Origin: a virus
DNA: 64,000 nt
Direction: 5' to 3' (one strand)
Virus record (IMG/VR): IMGVR_UViG_3300045988_010396
Span: 32,001-96,000 of that record
Below are positions 1 to 8,713 of this stretch, in pieces (within the stretch, counting starts at the first letter, position 1; every line of letters begins with the position of its first letter). Below the pieces are notes generated by a model, which saw only the letters and a list, made by a program, of their open reading frames with translations, had not been told where the DNA came from and did no database searches. Made by a program: the position numbers and the translations under genes.

Positions 1-278
1 ACTTTCTTTATTATTGTTACCATCTCTTAGTTTCTTTACATGCTTATACCCATCCTTAATGGCTTTATACCTAGGGTATGTACATGATAGTTTTCCGATG
101 CTAGGTATATTGAAGTTAGTCCTCAACTTGTTGAACTCCTCCTCACTAAGGTCATCTTTAAGTGGTAGTTCTGATATTGTGCATCTTATATACTCCCAAT
201 AAGACTCATATGCCTCCTTGACTACTTCTCCGGGTAGTTCAAGCTTATTAGCCACATGGTCTATAGCATCTTGATAGT

Positions 279-665
279 TCATTGAAAATCAAATAATAAC
301 ATCAACTTGAATGAGCCATTTTCCTCAATAACTCTAGGTATATATCTTGGATTGAGCTTACCATCTATTATAATGTTATTCTTTCTCAATTTACCCATTA
401 TGACCTGGAAGTGAGGAAGAGTTATATTGCACTCTTCTCTAACTTTCCTCTTAGTATCTTCACTCATAACGAGTCTGTCAAGAATATCATTATCAGAGAC
501 CACCTTACTTAGTTCATATCTCTGCTTGACAAAGGAAGTGGCTACTTCCATTTCCCTTTCAGTAAGATGGTGAAATGGCTGTAAGAACATAAACCACATC
601 TTAAAGAAAGAGTAGTCAAGCTTACATGGTATTCTCACCACATTGTCCACTCCCTTCTTGACCAT
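279..665 (-). CDS. hypothetical protein
   Basis: 128-aa ORF on the minus-strand arm; no recognisable motif. Confidence 0.4.
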   Translation of the reverse strand: MVKKGVDNVVRIPCKLDYSFFKMWFMFLQPFHHLTEREMEVATSFVKQRYELSKVVSDNDILDRLVMSEDTKRKVREECNITLPHFQVIMGKLRKNNIIIDGKLNPRYIPRVIEENGSFKLMLLFDFQ

Positions 666-667
666 AG

Positions 668-973
668 TTACTCTCCTTTATCAGTGTTTTCTTCTGCTTG
701 TTCTGGAGTAGCCATCAGATTTTCTATCTCAATAGCACACTGTACCTTAAAATTATGAGACAAGTAAGCATTATCCTTATCAATAACAGCAAACAGATAA
801 TCAAGTCTCTTATATAGGTTAGCCAGATTAGCTTCATTCAGTGCCATCCTTAACTGCTGGTTCTGTGTATTAAGCTGCTGAGCCTGTGCACTAAGCTGGT
901 GACATACATTCTCCAACTCCTCATAACTAAGTTTATTCTTAGCTTCTCCCATTTCTCTAACTTCTTTTCCCAT
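668..973 (-). CDS. hypothetical coiled-coil protein
   Basis: 101-aa ORF, Q/E/L-rich heptad-like sequence. Confidence 0.4.
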   Translation of the reverse strand: MGKEVREMGEAKNKLSYEELENVCHQLSAQAQQLNTQNQQLRMALNEANLANLYKRLDYLFAVIDKDNAYLSHNFKVQCAIEIENLMATPEQAEENTDKGE

Positions 974-974
974 A

Positions 975-1187
975 TTATTTATTTAAGAATTTATCTCCAT
1001 ATTTTGCAATATATAACTTCTCCCACTCCTCTATAGTATTTTCCTCAATATCAGTGTCTCCACAGTGGTCACAATAGTCCATACCATCAAGGGACATTAT
1101 TCTAAGAGATAAACAACTTTTACAGTATTTAACTGGGACAGAGTTATAATCAAGTGCCTTGGACTCATCTCTAAGTAAGTGTTCCAT
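975..1187 (-). CDS. small zinc-ribbon protein
   Basis: 70 aa with CKSC...CDHC Cys pairs. Confidence 0.4.
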   Translation of the reverse strand: MEHLLRDESKALDYNSVPVKYCKSCLSLRIMSLDGMDYCDHCGDTDIEENTIEEWEKLYIAKYGDKFLNK

Positions 1188-1362
1188 ATAACTATGATTT
1201 ATAATAAACTAAATATATCTGTCCACCAAGAGTAAACATATTTACTATAGCCTCTCTTGGTATACCAAGTTCATTTGCCTGGCTTATTATACCCCTAATT
1301 GTCTGACCTACTATACAAGTCATTACTTTATTCTTCTCACCCATGTTCTAACTATTTTATAG

Positions 1363-1436
1363 TTTCGGGAGTAGGACTCGAACCTACAACCTCCAGCTTA
1401 TGAGGCTGGTTAGCTACCATTGCTAGCATCCCGAGA
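1363..1436 (-). tRNA. tRNA-Met (CAT)
   Basis: reverse complement has GGTTCGAGTCC T-arm, a 7-bp acceptor stem and anticodon loop CTCATAA. Confidence 0.8.
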
Positions 1437-1612
1437 TATTGCCAAGATTTGGTATGGTACTTGGCATTGTAAGGTTAACCTTATACTTACACCCCCAATC
1501 ACCTACACCTATTAAGCTGTTGTTTATACAGGTCAGCTCCTGTTGAGGTTTACCTAGTAGCATTGGGTGTTACTCTATCACTGTAGGTAAGACAGTTTTT
1601 AGTAACTTGTAG

Positions 1613-1686
1613 AGCCTCCCCTCAGAATCGAACTGAGACTCCCTGTTTACAAGGCAGGTTTGCTAAACCATTAACACTAAGGAGGC
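1613..1686 (-). tRNA. tRNA-Thr (TGT)
   Basis: acceptor GCCTCCT/GGGAGGC, T-loop TTCGATT, anticodon loop CTTGTAA. Confidence 0.7.
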
Positions 1687-1690
1687 ATAG

Positions 1691-1772
1691 TACCCCTGAC
1701 AGGAGTTGAACCTGCAATCCCCAAGGGCGTTGGTGTTTAAGACCAATGTGTATTCCATTCCACCACAGGGGC
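1691..1772 (-). tRNA. tRNA-Leu (TAA), type II
   Basis: 82 nt, acceptor GCCCCTG/CAGGGGT, anticodon loop CTTAAAC, 15-nt variable arm. Confidence 0.75.
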
Positions 1773-1779
1773 ATTATAC

Positions 1780-2232
1780 TTAGTAAGGTCTCAAATCACA
1801 TAACTCAAAGAGGTACTTGTATTTCAGTATATTATGTATGAATGTCTCACACTCAGACCTAATTCCTGCATATAGAGTTCCTTCTGGAATATTCTCATAG
1901 AACTTAGTAGTTCCTGCTTTGACCTCATTGATGAAGTCAATAGCATTAAGAGCATCACTAGGAGCACCTTTAATCACATTAGGTTGCATATGTCCAAGCA
2001 ATCCCTGATATTCCTCTGCCAATCCATCCTGATAGTCTGAGATAATACCTAGGAACTCATCTAGGTAAACATGAATATTCTTCTTAGGAGCTGCCCAATG
2101 CAGATTCTTACACTTAGTCTTCCAACCCTCCAGAAGGTTAATGAAGCTAATGAAGAATTGACTAGGGTTCTCATCTTGAGAAGGCTTGAACATCTCATCC
2201 ATTAGCTGATTATCTAGAAAAACACTATCCAT
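1780..2232 (-). CDS. hypothetical protein embedded in the tRNA array
   Basis: 150-aa ORF between two tRNA-Leu genes. Confidence 0.45.
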   Translation of the reverse strand: MDSVFLDNQLMDEMFKPSQDENPSQFFISFINLLEGWKTKCKNLHWAAPKKNIHVYLDEFLGIISDYQDGLAEEYQGLLGHMQPNVIKGAPSDALNAIDFINEVKAGTTKFYENIPEGTLYAGIRSECETFIHNILKYKYLFELCDLRPY

Positions 2233-2318
2233 TTCTCTAATTCTTTATTTGATACTGCAAAGTTAAGCTAAATATTTAACCTATGCAAGTAAATTACATT
2301 ATTTAACTAAATTATCTG

Positions 2319-2401
2319 TACCCTCCAAGGGACTTGAACCCTTATGTACTTAGTACACTAGTTTCTAAGACTAGCCTGTATACCCATTCCAGCAGGAGGG
2401 T
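2319..2401 (-). tRNA. tRNA-Leu (TAG), type II
   Basis: anticodon stem CTAGT/ACTAG, loop CTTAGAA, long variable arm, T-arm GGGTTCAAGTCCC. Confidence 0.75.
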
Positions 2402-2411
2402 GTAAGCTCTC

Positions 2412-2858
2412 TTATAGAGAGCTATATTCTTTTGTAGCATCAAAGCTAGGGCAAGCTTTTGAGCTAAAGTCTCTGTGCCCATGTATAGATGCTTGAGGGT
2501 ACTTAGTCTTTAACTCCTTAAGTAACTTAACTAATGACTGCTTCTGCTGAGCAGTCCTAGTATCTTTAGGTGTCTTGCCATCAGAAGCACATCCTCCTAT
2601 ATAGCATACTCCAATAGAGTTAGCATTATGGCCAGCACAGTGTGCACCTATAATAGACTCATCTCTACCTGTATGTATAGAACCATCTCTATATATTACA
2701 TAATGATAGCCTATATCAGAGAAGCCCCTTTGAAGGTGCCACTGTCTTATAGTATCTACACTATAGTCTTTACCTTCTGGTGTGGCACTACAATGTACTA
2801 TTATTTCATTTATTTTTCTTGCCATACATATATTATAAAACTTATCATGTTCCCCCAC
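2412..2858 (-). CDS. N-acetylmuramoyl-L-alanine amidase (Amidase_2/PGRP fold), probable endolysin
   Basis: IVHCSAT...DIGYHYVI..DG.I..GR...AH...NSIGV..IGG pattern typical of T7-lysozyme-like amidases. Confidence 0.8.
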   Translation of the reverse strand: MGEHDKFYNICMARKINEIIVHCSATPEGKDYSVDTIRQWHLQRGFSDIGYHYVIYRDGSIHTGRDESIIGAHCAGHNANSIGVCYIGGCASDGKTPKDTRTAQQKQSLVKLLKELKTKYPQASIHGHRDFSSKACPSFDATKEYSSL

Positions 2859-2922
2859 TAGGAGTCGAACCTAGCTCTCAGGATTAAAAGTCCAGAGTAT
2901 CCACCATCAATGCTTTGGGGGA
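2850..2922 (-). tRNA. tRNA-Lys (TTT)
   Basis: acceptor TCCCCCA/TGGGGGA, anticodon loop CTTTTAA, T-loop TTCGACT. Confidence 0.75.
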
Positions 2923-2994
2923 GTGAAGCAGGGTCTTTTTAAGAGGTTTCATCTTATTCCTAGGAAAGATTTTTACCCTGCACACCCTCTAGTG

Positions 2995-3068
2995 CGCCTC
3001 CACAAGGACTTGAACCTTGAGTCCCCTGCTTAAGGGGCAGGTGCTTTAACCAATTCAGCTATAGAGGC
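2995..3068 (-). tRNA. tRNA-Lys (CTT)
   Basis: acceptor GCCTCTA/TGGAGGC, anticodon stem CCTGC/GCAGG, loop CCCTTAA. Confidence 0.75.
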
Positions 3069-3074
3069 TTATAG

Positions 3075-3149
3075 ACTTGTAGGTGGGATTTGAACCCACG
3101 AATCACCAGTTTTGCAGACTGTGCCCTTAGACCACTCAGGTACTCCAAG
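3075..3149 (-). tRNA. tRNA-Cys (GCA)
   Basis: T-arm GTGGGTTCAAATCCCAC, anticodon loop CTGCAAA; one acceptor mismatch. Confidence 0.65.
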
Positions 3150-3153
3150 ATAG

Positions 3154-3231
3154 TACTGGCAGAGGGACTTGAACCCCCATGTGACCAATTACCCTTTCTA
3201 GACTGTATAAGAGTCAGGGGATATGCCAGTA
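3154..3231 (-). ncRNA. atypical tRNA-like element (anticodon unassigned)
   Basis: acceptor ACTGGCA/TGCCAGT and T-arm GGGGGTTCAAGTCCCTC are clear, but no canonical D-arm or anticodon arm; internal hairpin GACT-CTTATAC-AGTC. Confidence 0.4.
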
Positions 3232-3238
3232 TGTTGGG

Positions 3239-3311
3239 GTGTCTGATGGGAGTTGAACCCACACTACTTGGAGCCACAATCCAAGGCTCTGACCAATTAA
3301 GCTACAGACAC
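3239..3311 (-). tRNA. tRNA-His (GTG)
   Basis: extra 5' G(-1), discriminator C, anticodon stem TTGGA/TCCAA, loop TTGTGGC. Confidence 0.8.
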
Positions 3312-3313
3312 AG

Positions 3314-3385
3314 TTCTGATGAGTGGACTCGAACCACTAGCTACTGCCTTATGAGAGCAGCTTTCTACCATTGAAATACATCAGA
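3314..3385 (-). tRNA. tRNA with CAT anticodon (second copy; Met/fMet or Ile-lysidine type)
   Basis: acceptor TCTGATG/CATCAGA, anticodon loop CTCATAA. Confidence 0.75.
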
Positions 3386-3391
3386 ATATGT

Positions 3392-3465
3392 AGGTACAAT
3401 AGGACTTGAACCTATAACCTCTTGAATATCAGTCAAGTACTCTAACCAATTGAGTTATGTACCTA
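3392..3465 (-). tRNA. tRNA-Ile (GAT)
   Basis: acceptor AGGTACA/TGTACCT, anticodon stem CTTGA/TCAAG, loop CTGATAT. Confidence 0.8.
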
Positions 3466-3469
3466 TATG

Positions 3470-3542
3470 TGGGAAAGATAAGAATCGAACTTATATCCAA
3501 GGATTTTCAGTCCTCTGCATAGACCATCTTTGCTACTTTCCC
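3470..3542 (-). tRNA. tRNA-Phe (GAA)
   Basis: acceptor GGGAAAG/CTTTCCC, discriminator A, anticodon loop CTGAAAA. Confidence 0.75.
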
Positions 3543-3545
3543 ATT

Positions 3546-3619
3546 GCAGATAGAGTAAGACTCGAACTTACATCTAAGGGTTAACAGCCCCTTGTTCTAA
3601 CCTTTGAACTAAAGACCCA
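3546..3619 (-). tRNA. tRNA-Asn (GTT)-like; acceptor strands do not pair in my reading (possible pseudo-tRNA)
   Basis: D-arm, anticodon arm (loop CTGTTAA) and T-arm resemble E. coli tRNA-Asn, but 5' GGGTCTT does not pair with 3' TCTATCT. Confidence 0.4.
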
Positions 3620-3627
3620 TTATTTGT

Positions 3628-3699
3628 TGCTCCTACAAGACTCGAACTTGTGACCTTTGGTATGTAAAACCACTGTTCTTAACCACTGAACTAAGGAGC
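3628..3699 (-). tRNA. tRNA-Val (TAC)
   Basis: acceptor GCTCCTT/TAGGAGC, D-arm GTTC..GAAC, anticodon loop TTTACAT. Confidence 0.7.
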
Positions 3700-3783
3700 A
3701 TTGATAGGGTAGTTTCTTTAACCTCTAACTACCAAAAGAGGGTTCTAGCAAAAGCTCAACATTATGAAACACGGAAACTAATG

Positions 3784-3856
3784 TGGAGAATGAGAGACTC
3801 GAACCCTCTAATATAGCTTGCAAAGCTATCAGTTTAGCCAGTTAGCTTAATTCCCC
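3784..3856 (-). tRNA. tRNA-Ala (TGC)
   Basis: anticodon stem ATAGC/GCTAT, loop TTTGCAA, discriminator A. Confidence 0.75.
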
Positions 3857-3861
3857 ATTAG

Positions 3862-3934
3862 TATGGGTACTTGGACTCGAACCAAGGACAACTACATCCC
3901 AAATGTAGCATTCTACCTACTGAATTACACCCAT
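3862..3934 (-). tRNA. tRNA-Pro (TGG)
   Basis: anticodon stem CTACA/TGTAG, loop TTTGGGA, T-arm CTTGGTTCGAGTCCAAG. Confidence 0.8.
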
Positions 3935-3940
3935 ATATTG

Positions 3941-4023
3941 CGGAGAGATGAGGTCCCGACCCCCAAGCATTACTGCCCCCATTGTTTTCAAGACAAGTCC
4001 CAGTCCCACTGAGTTATCTCTCC
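3941..4023 (-). tRNA. tRNA-Ser (TGA), type II
   Basis: acceptor GGAGAGA/TCTCTCC, discriminator G, anticodon loop CTTGAAA, long variable arm. Confidence 0.7.
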
Positions 4024-4075
4024 ATTTGCCTACCTACCACTGTAGGATAGGACTTTGGTTTTGTTATAAGTGTGC

Positions 4076-4146
4076 AGACTATGAGGGAATTGAACCCTAA
4101 CCTTCACATTGACAGTGTGATATGCAAACCACTACACTACATAGTC
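4076..4146 (-). tRNA. tRNA-Asp (GTC)
   Basis: acceptor GACTATG/CATAGTC, anticodon stem TCACA/TGTGA, loop CTGTCAA. Confidence 0.7.
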
Positions 4147-4158
4147 TATATAATTTAG

Positions 4159-4230
4159 TACCCCCTGATAGAATCGAACTATCATTCTAAGTTTAGAAGA
4201 CTCATGTATTATCCATTATACTAAGAGGGC
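4159..4230 (-). tRNA. tRNA-Arg (TCT)
   Basis: D-arm GTAT..ATAC, anticodon loop CTTCTAA, T-arm GATAGTTCGATTCTATC. Confidence 0.7.
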
Positions 4231-4238
4231 ATCTCTAG

Positions 4239-4310
4239 TTGGGACTAGAGGTCTCGAACCTCTGCTATAAGAGCCAAAATCTCATGTGACTGCCACTACA
4301 CCAAGTCCCA
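4239..4310 (-). tRNA. tRNA-Gln (TTG)
   Basis: acceptor TGGGACT/AGTCCCA, anticodon loop TTTTGGC, T-arm AGAGGTTCGAGACCTCT. Confidence 0.7.
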
Positions 4311-5057
4311 CTCTGAATTACTCTGCAAAGGTAAGCAAATTTTTTGAATCTACCAAATTTTACTGTAAGAAATTTAATTATTAGAGTCCAGAAAGGTATT
4401 AAGATTACTCTTTTCTATATAATACCTTGTTACCTCTTTGTATTTTAATTAATAATGTGTTCTCAGTATCTACCTCATTAAATCCACCATCAAATATAGG
4501 GTCATAAGCCCAAGATACCATTACTCCATTAAAATACCTATATGTAAGAATATCGCCTCTCTGCAAAGTTATTTTCATAGCCCCATTAATTTATTAGCCC
4601 AACTTTCTGTATAGAAATGATAGTACCCTTCCTTATGATTGTCACAACAATGGATATAACCATTTAACCAAGCATAAAGTATTGAAGGAATACCTAAATT
4701 ATTAGGTATAATATATCCCTAGCCTGTGTTGCCAAGCTTGTTTCATATTAGTTCTGCACTTCGTTGGACCCGTTCTTGGTTATACCCCTAAAGCATATTT
4801 ACCTGTACCTTTTCTCAGTAGTATTGGTTATGCTAATCCAACTTATAACAAAACACTTTGTACCAGTATCGGGGACACCTCATTCCTATATATTGGAACT
4901 ACTACCCAACTTCTGCTCCATTACTTGATTACCTCATGGAGGATAGAGACATACTACCTATCTCTCTGGCAGGTGCAAAGGTAAGTATAAAATCTGATAT
5001 AACCAAATATTTTAAGAAAGTTTAACTATACACTATGGTCTAGGTTAAAAAATTTTA

Positions 5058-5074
5058 ATTTTTTTTTTTTTTTT
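5058..5074. repeat. T17 homopolymer tract in an ORF-free region
   Basis: 17 uninterrupted T, followed by a G-rich hairpin (GAGGGGGGT...ACCTCCCCT). Confidence 0.9.
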
Positions 5075-5410
5075 AATTTTTGTGGTACTTTATTGGTATG
5101 AGGGGGGTATAATATACTCACACCTCCCCTGCCTCTGGCTTGTTGGGGCTTGTCCCCGTGGGTTGAAATGATACATACTAACACTAGCCAAGATATTGTT
5201 AACTTATATTTATAACAAAAATGAGAGAAGAATTAGACATGCTCTTTCTGTTGGAGCATTTCAGTCTTGAAGATTTAGTAAAGGCTGAAGAAGAGTGTAT
5301 TGCTGCTATTAAAGCTTATCTCAAAAATGTGAAACATCACATGGATTATATAGCTATGCATCTATAATAAGATAAATAAAAGATTAGGGTGAGGGGGACT
5401 AACTCTCACC

Positions 5411-5620
5411 TTGCCTTTGATAACATTCCTATATGATATGAAGAAGAACATTCTCATTGCGGTATTGGCACTAGTGGTGCTAGTACTTACAGGTGTTACT
5501 CTCTACCAAAGTGAGAGACTGAGTGCTGCCAAGGCTTATATCAATGACCTTGAGGCAGACTATCCTGACTACATTGATACCACTTCTGGAGGTGATGCAT
5601 ACTCAGAGTGGTATAACTAA
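5411..5620 (+). CDS. small membrane protein (paralog of 7276..7467)
   Basis: N-terminal TM helix; C-terminal AKAYINDLE.D.P.YIDTTSGGDAYS.WY shared with ORF 7276. Confidence 0.5.
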   Translation: MPLITFLYDMKKNILIAVLALVVLVLTGVTLYQSERLSAAKAYINDLEADYPDYIDTTSGGDAYSEWYN

Positions 5621-5687
5621 CTCCTTCCTTACTTTTGACATTATTAACTTTGAACCTTATGGTGCTTAGGTCAACCATTATTCAGTT

Positions 5688-5969
5688 ATGAATCTGTTTT
5701 CTAATCTTAGGGTGTATGGTGGTAAGTGGTCTGAGAAGTCATCCAGACACTTCACTCAGGAAGAGCGGGCTCTTGTAGAGAAGGCTCAGGTAGTTGAGAG
5801 TCAGTATGGCTCATCATGCTGCTTCTTTATGAAGAACGGCACTACCATGTATGTTCCTATGTCTCAGGATGCTAAGTCTGAGGTAGGTGACATGGTAGAC
5901 CTGTCTTCTGCTGAGATTGTCACTCTGGAGAAGCAGGGTGAGCATGACATTCAGCGCATCAGAGGATAA
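5688..5969 (+). CDS. hypothetical 93-aa protein (paralog of 6347..6628)
   Basis: about 75% aa identity to ORF 6347 (MNLFS.LRVYGGKW.EK.SR.FTQEE.ALV.KAQVV.SQYG.SCCFFM.NGTTMYVPMS.DAKS.VGD). Confidence 0.55.
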   Translation: MNLFSNLRVYGGKWSEKSSRHFTQEERALVEKAQVVESQYGSSCCFFMKNGTTMYVPMSQDAKSEVGDMVDLSSAEIVTLEKQGEHDIQRIRG

Positions 5970-6346
5970 TAGTCCTCATAGTCATCAGACCTCATAGGAG
6001 AGTGGGAGTAATCCTGCTCTCCTTTATTTTTGAATGAATAATAAACAACAACATATGATTAACAAGCTATTATATCATCCAGACAGTGACTAACTAGGAA
6101 ACAACAACATATGATTATATAGCAGAGGCACTAACTCCTCCCTTGATACTGGCTATACTATTTATTAGCTGACAGTAGAAGTAATAGTAGTAACTAACAA
6201 CAGCAAGATATGATATATTCAAGTATATCTTTAGAGCAAGGTCACTAACTCCCCCCTTGCCCTTGCCTTGCATAGCTAATGCTAATAGTAGTAGCTGTGC
6301 ATGTGCACAAATAACATTTATCACATAACATTTAACATTTAGCACT

Positions 6347-6628
6347 ATGAACTTGTTTTCTAGTCTGAGAGTGTATGGAGGCAAATGGGCTGAAAAGGCT
6401 TCCAGAAAGTTCACACAAGAAGAGCTGGCTCTTGTAACTAAGGCCCAGGTGGTGGATTCCCAGTATGGTAACTCTTGCTGTTTCTTCATGGCAAATGGTA
6501 CAACTATGTATGTACCAATGAGCACTGATGCAAAGAGTGGGGTGGGTGACATCATCAACCTCAATGAGGCAGAGATAGTTACCTTAGAGAAGCAGGGTGA
6601 AAATGACATCCAGAGAATCCGAGGATAA
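6347..6628 (+). CDS. hypothetical 93-aa protein (paralog of 5688..5969)
   Basis: diverged duplicate, about 70% nt identity with many synonymous changes. Confidence 0.55.
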   Translation: MNLFSSLRVYGGKWAEKASRKFTQEELALVTKAQVVDSQYGNSCCFFMANGTTMYVPMSTDAKSGVGDIINLNEAEIVTLEKQGENDIQRIRG

Positions 6629-6896
6629 TCTGTAGTAAAGAGTGTGTACCACACATAGTGGTGCATAACTCTTTTTACTGTCTTTGCAGCAACAACAAAG
6701 TGGAGTGACTTATATAGTTACTCTACTTTGCTTGTCATTTTTCAAGTCAGTTATTCATTAAAAAGAGTTAAAAATGACACTAGGAGAATGGGTAGGAGTA
6801 ATCCTATGTATTGCACTTGTAATAGGTGCAATATGGGATATATGTACAGGATATAGCTCCAAAAATTAACACACAATACACACAAAATTTAAGAAA

Positions 6897-7283
6897 ATGA
6901 AAAAATATGCTGTACAAAGAATTGATAATGGTCAAGTAATTGATTATGTTGATTCGCCAGAACAAGCTTCATACTGGCTACAAATGAGTAATCCAAAGTT
7001 TGAATTGGTAGCTACTAATACCTCTAGTATCATAGTTACTTATACAGAACTTGAAGGACCTAACGGATATGGACACCAAGAAGAATCTTTTGCTACTTAC
7101 GGAGGAATTGTAAGATGTATCATTAATCTATATAAATGGGCAAACCAAGAAGCTTCTGTGTGGGGGCCTAATCCAATGGATATTAAAGGCTACCTTAAAA
7201 AATGCAATGTTATAGTAAATGGGCGAGACAAGACTGAGTGGTTTTTAGCTCAAGTAGATAAATTAAAGATAATGTATGTGTAA
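6897..7283 (+). CDS. hypothetical protein
   Basis: 128-aa ORF between the paralog genes. Confidence 0.45.
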   Translation: MKKYAVQRIDNGQVIDYVDSPEQASYWLQMSNPKFELVATNTSSIIVTYTELEGPNGYGHQEESFATYGGIVRCIINLYKWANQEASVWGPNPMDIKGYLKKCNVIVNGRDKTEWFLAQVDKLKIMYV

Positions 7284-7467
7284 GAATATAACCATTGTAG
7301 TACTCCTACTAATAGTAGGAGTACTTATAGGTATTTGTATCTACCAAAATGATACTATCAGTAGAGCTAAGGCATATATCAATGACTTGGAGAATGACTT
7401 CCCTGAGTATATTGATACTACCTCAGGTGGTGATGCTTATAGTGACTGGTATGAAAGAGTGAACTAA
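7276..7467 (+). CDS. small membrane protein (paralog of 5411..5620)
   Basis: TM helix plus the conserved C-terminal motif. Confidence 0.5.
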   Translation: MCKNITIVVLLLIVGVLIGICIYQNDTISRAKAYINDLENDFPEYIDTTSGGDAYSDWYERVN

Positions 7468-8107
7468 AGCACTAATATTAAGAGTAATATACCTCAAGAT
7501 AGATAGGGACAAATAGGACTCACCTAAACGAAAATCCGCTGTTGAGTGAAAGATTGATGTGAAGGTCAGACAAGTAAACTCATGGAGTTGAAAGCAGCAC
7601 CGAGGGACTGGGAATCGAGTAGACAAGACACAGTGCATTAGTAGAAAGGGGACTTGACAGTAAAGGTACTAAAACCTGGTAAGTGTAACGAGTTGAGGTT
7701 TCTATTAGGAGATGATACCAATGGGTGTTGAATAGCATATATTTAGTATCCCTAATAATATTATAATGTATCTATTAAACTCCGTATATCTTAAAAAGTA
7801 CTGGAGGTTACTGACTTTAATAATAACAGTGCTTAAGGGGATTAGCATATATTGGTTAATGCAATAGTTATTCTATGCAAATAGGCTCAAATCCTATATC
7901 ACCTACTAATAAAATAACCACAAAATATACAACAATGAAAAGAAAGAGATTAAAAGGGGCATTTGTATGTTCCGTGACAGATTCTAGGCTCACTATAAGA
8001 GTCTGTAAAACTAAGAGGTACTTCATCATGTTCTGGGGTGAGCTTTATGAGATTAAATTCTCTGAAGTCAAGATGTATGAGGCACACAACATTAAGGTAA
8101 TAGTGAG

Positions 8108-8434
8108 ATGAGAAAATATGTTGTCTATGACACCACAGGCAATCCTGTTGGTGTGTCATTCAAAACTATTAGAGAGGCTGAAGAGTATAAAGCCATCAAC
8201 AGGAGATTTGATTGGGTTGTGAAGCTGGTAGACATAAACATATGGAGGGAGAGCACTCCTAAACAAAGGAATGCTCTTACCTTCTGTGAGAAGGTCTTGG
8301 ATATTCAATTTGAAGGCAACAGGCATGATTTCTATGAAGTGTCTGACTTCTTGTCTGAGTATCTGGAAGAGGCTAAACAAACAGCAATAGAATTATCATG
8401 TATGTATTCATCTTATATGTGGAACAATGATTAA
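8108..8434 (+). CDS. hypothetical protein
   Basis: 108-aa ORF. Confidence 0.4.
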   Translation: MRKYVVYDTTGNPVGVSFKTIREAEEYKAINRRFDWVVKLVDINIWRESTPKQRNALTFCEKVLDIQFEGNRHDFYEVSDFLSEYLEEAKQTAIELSCMYSSYMWNND

Positions 8435-8639
8435 AGTAAGTAAATGCGTGTTACTGTACGCAACAATCATATGCAGCATTCTGTTTATAACAGGTGGTGA
8501 CGCAATAATGTCAGTAGGTATTAAATACTTTCTGATATTTGGGTTAGTTTGTGTTGCTCTAATTTATCTATCTTATAAATTAATATCCAAGAAGGAGTTT
8601 GATTCCTTCACGGGATTTAACATTATAGATAAATTGTAG
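8427..8639 (+). CDS. small membrane protein
   Basis: two hydrophobic helices. Confidence 0.35.
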   Translation: MIKVSKCVLLYATIICSILFITGGDAIMSVGIKYFLIFGLVCVALIYLSYKLISKKEFDSFTGFNIIDKL

Positions 8640-8713
8640 TTGTAGATTGGGCTTTTCTGGTTCGTGAGAATAGGAAAAGACTTTTATAGTAAACAATTAA
8701 AAACAGATTAAAT

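Noticed and set aside
3154-3231. Selenocysteine (TCA) or amber-suppressor identity for the atypical tRNA-like element
   Set aside because: No loop presents U-TCA or U-CTA in an anticodon-like context. CTA occurs, but without a pairing stem.
2628-3374. Plus- and minus-strand ORFs 2628..2861, 3059..3277 and 3090..3374
   Set aside because: They lie inside the amidase gene (antisense) or across tRNA genes, so they are artefacts of the six-frame translation.
6115-6666. 183-aa minus-strand ORF
   Set aside because: It fully overlaps the plus-strand 93-aa paralog gene (6347-6628), which is supported by a diverged duplicate. The low-complexity translation points to a spurious antisense ORF.
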